Shown piece after piece: positions 61,001 to 64,000 of a stretch of DNA of 64,000 bases (positions are counted from its first letter, which is position 1; each line of letters starts with the position of its first letter). The position numbers and the translations under genes are program-made. This stretch comes from a candidate division FCPU426 bacterium (GTDB lineage Bacteria > Oederibacteriota > Muellerivitia > Muellerivitales > Muellerivitaceae): the NCBI GenBank assembly GCA_963771075.1, contig CAVYSE010000007.1:160001-224000 (forward strand), in the 5' to 3' direction. The notes below the pieces were generated by a model. That model was not told where the DNA came from, ran no database searches, and saw only the letters and a program-made list of their open reading frames with translations.

Positions 61001-63945
61001 ACACCTATACCAACACCATTACGCTTACGCCTACGGTGACCAATACCTACACCAATACGATTACGCTTACTCCCACAGTGACCAATACCTACACGAATAC
61101 CATCACCCTCACCCCGACTGTCACCAATACTTACACCAACACCATTACCCTGACGCCGACAGTCACCAATACCTACACGAATACGATTACTCTCACACCT
61201 ACGGTCACGAACACCTACACGAACACGATCACCTTCACCCCGACTGTGACAAACACCTATACCAACACCATTACGCTTACGCCTACGGTGACCAATACCT
61301 ACACCAATACGATTACGCTTACTCCAACAGTGACCAATACCTACACGAATACCATCACCCTCACCCCGACGGTGACAGACACCTACACCAACACCATTAC
61401 GCTTACGCCTACCGTGACGGAAACTTACACGAATACCATTACACTCACGCCCACAGTCACAAATACCTACACCAACACCATTACGCTTACGCCTACGGTG
61501 ACCAATACCTACACCAATACGATTACGCTTACTCCAACAGTGACCAATACCTACACGAATACCATCACCCTCACCCCGACTGTGACAAACACCTATACCA
61601 ACACCATTACGCTTACGCCTACGGTGACCAATACCTACACCAATACAATTACGCTTACCCCGACAGTCACTAACACCTACACCAATACAATTACTCTCAC
61701 TCCTACGGTTACGAATACCTATACGAATACCATCACCCTCACGCCCACAGTTACGAATTCCTACACGAATACGATTACTCTCACACCTACGGTAACGAAC
61801 ACTTACACGAATACAATTACCCTTACCCCCACGGTGACAGACACCTACACCAACACCATTACGTTGACGCCCACCGTGACGGATACTTACACCGAACACG
61901 ATCACCTTAACCCCGACTGTCACCAATACTTACACCAACACCATCACCCTCACACCCACAGTCACGGATACCTACACCAATACGATTACTCTCACTCCTA
62001 CGGTAACGAACACATACACCAGCACCATTACGTTGACACCCACTGTGACGGATACTTACACGAACACGATCACCTTAACCCCGACTGTCACCGATACTTA
62101 CACCAACACCATCACCCTCACACCCACAGTCACGGATACCTACACCAATACGATTACTCTCACTCCTACGGTAACGAACACATACACCAGACCATTACGT
62201 TGACGCCCACTGTGAGGGACACTTACACAAATACCATTACGCTTACGCCGACAGTCACTGATACCTATACCAACACGATCACATTGACACCGACCATTAC
62301 GTTGACACCCACTATTACGGACACTTACACCAATACTATTACCTTACGCCAACGATAACGCTGACACCACACCGTACGGATACCTATACCGACACGATCA
62401 CATTGACACCGACGATCACGTTGACACCCACAGTCACGGACACCTACACCAATACCATTACCCTTACGCCAACGATAACCCTGACCCCGACAGTTACGGA
62501 TACCATATACCAACACGATCACATTAACACCAACCATTACGCTGACACCCACTGTGACGGACATTACACGGATACCATTACCCTTACCGCCAACGATCAC
62601 GCTGACACCCACTGTGACGGACACTTACACGGATACCATTACCCTTACGCCAACGATAACCCTGACCCCGACAGTCACGGATACCTATACCGACACGATC
62701 ACATTAACACCGACGATTACGTTGACACCCACTGTGACAGACACCTACACCAATACCATTACCCTTACGCCGACGATTACACTGACACCGACAGTCACGG
62801 ATACCTATACCAACACGATCACATTGACGCCAACGATCACGCTGACACCCACTGTGACTGACACATCTACCAATACCAACACAATTACACAGACAGTCAC
62901 GGACACGTACACCAACACGATCACACTGACTCCGACGATAACGGGAACCAGTACTGTCACCGTTACGCCAACGTTCACGAATACGATTACCGATACCCTA
63001 ACTTTCACACCTACTATCACCGACACTTTTACAAACACAATTACGCTGACACAAACGATTACAAACACTTACACTCAAACACTCACGACTACGGCCACGA
63101 CAACAAACACGATGACGATCACACCAAGTATTACCAGTTCTAATACCTATGCGAATACTTACACATCAACGCCCACGAATACACCCACTTCCACGCTCAC
63201 ATTAACCACCATACCCACGTCCACATTCTCCGTGACGAACACCCCAACCATAACCTTAACCGTGACCAAGACTATGACGCTTACGGTTACTCTTACCTCG
63301 ACAATAACTTCTATACCGGTGGCTACCGCGACACCTTCTTGTGGTCAGCAGGTGGTGAATGTATTTGATGACCGGGGGGAATTGGTGGCTTCCTTGTGTG
63401 GGAACATTACTTTCCCCAGTGGAAGCACCTATTCCGCCAGCCTTTCTAGTTACGTGCCCAACCCATCGGGCCTTGGAGGAGCCATCACCATTTACCTCAA
63501 TGACCAAATAGTCGCGGTCTGGAACGGCATTGGCCCCAACGGACAACTGGTCCCTAATGGTTATTATCATTTCACCATTATCGAGAGCACTTCAGACGGT
63601 AATAAAGTGATTTTGGCACGAGATGCTTTCATTGATGACCAGTTAGGTTCTGCAGGTTTACAGCTTTCCGCATGGCCTAACCTGGCTCATGTTGGCGACA
63701 CCATTACGATTCTTGGTACTTTCTCTGGAACTCCCCCGGACTCACAAAGTAGAATAAAAATCTATGACATCGCCGGAGAATTGTTGAAATCCCTTACTTT
63801 AACTAATGGTACGACATCCTGGAATCTGACCAACCTGGCTGGCCAACCCGTGGGGAACGGACTTTATTTTGCCGTGTTTACCGGTAATGACCCGGGTTCA
63901 GGAAATCCAGTTATTAAAGCGGTGAAAATCATGGTAATTCATTGA
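55072..63945 (+). CDS. Giant secreted surface protein: L-type-lectin-like N-domain, Thr-rich repeat stalk, FlgD-like/T9SS-CTD-like C-terminus; broken by several frameshifts
   Basis: Signal peptide ending VFA-Q; GADG and VYYGFTAATG lectin motifs across a frameshift near 55485; TLTPTVTNTYTNTI repeats; C-terminal AWPN...IKIYDIAGELLK...WNLTN..GQPVGNGLYF...KIMVIH; start uncertain. Confidence 0.8.
57300..62900 (+). repeat. Coding tandem repeats: 48-bp (16 aa), about 100 x 42-bp (14 aa), then 60-bp (20 aa) units
   Basis: TLTPTITLTPTITNTN, TLTPTVTNTYTNTI and TLTPTITLTPTVTDTYTNTI units read from the translation. Confidence 0.95.
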
Positions 63946-64000
63946 ATCAAGAAAGGCCGGAATTGTATTACCGTTCAAAGATGAATATGTACAAAGTATT

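Noticed and set aside
60856..61926. 356-aa antisense Arg/Gly-rich ORF, and other alternate-frame ORFs in the repeat
   Set aside because: Shadows of the Thr-repeat codon pattern.
57300..62900. Possible CRISPR array or non-coding satellite
   Set aside because: Units are in-frame coding repeats varying at third codon positions, with no unique spacers and no cas genes.

Overview
Bacterial chromosomal window from a diderm organism. PorV-like barrels and a giant Thr-rich protein with a T9SS-like C-terminus suggest an FCPU426-like candidate lineage, but this is inference only. Bases 1-40.3 kb are mostly housekeeping: holA, rpsT, murJ, purN/H/D, tsaC, rpiB, rpmB, recG, rsmD, coaD, the yceD-rpmF-plsX-fab-acpP-rnc operon, maf, a PpiD-like isomerase, tRNA-Gly, rplU-rpmA-obgE-proB, nadD and rsfS. 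Two unusual inserts sit in this part: an envelope cluster with two PorV/PorQ-family barrels (one fused to FlgD-like and OmpA-like domains) plus TPR proteins, and a J-domain-TPR gene paired with a lid-truncated Hsp70, with a ComFB gene further down the same operon. About 40.4-52.2 kb is a mosaic accessory island. It holds a secreted hydrolase-like protein, a ParB-like protein with hydrophobic C-terminal segments and an intragenic palindrome, and a Fic gene with twin operators overlapping an Mrr-like nuclease-nSTAND3 NTPase gene. That gene is split by a precisely delimitable 560-bp IS200/IS605 element. The island also has an HTH gene and an IS256 joining two unrelated gene fragments. The window ends with a GAF-GGDEF cyclase, pirin, and a ~8.9-kb alternating-Thr repeat surface protein gene preceded by a consensus sigma54 promoter. 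Frameshifts in purD, rnc and the giant gene are most likely sequencing or assembly indels.
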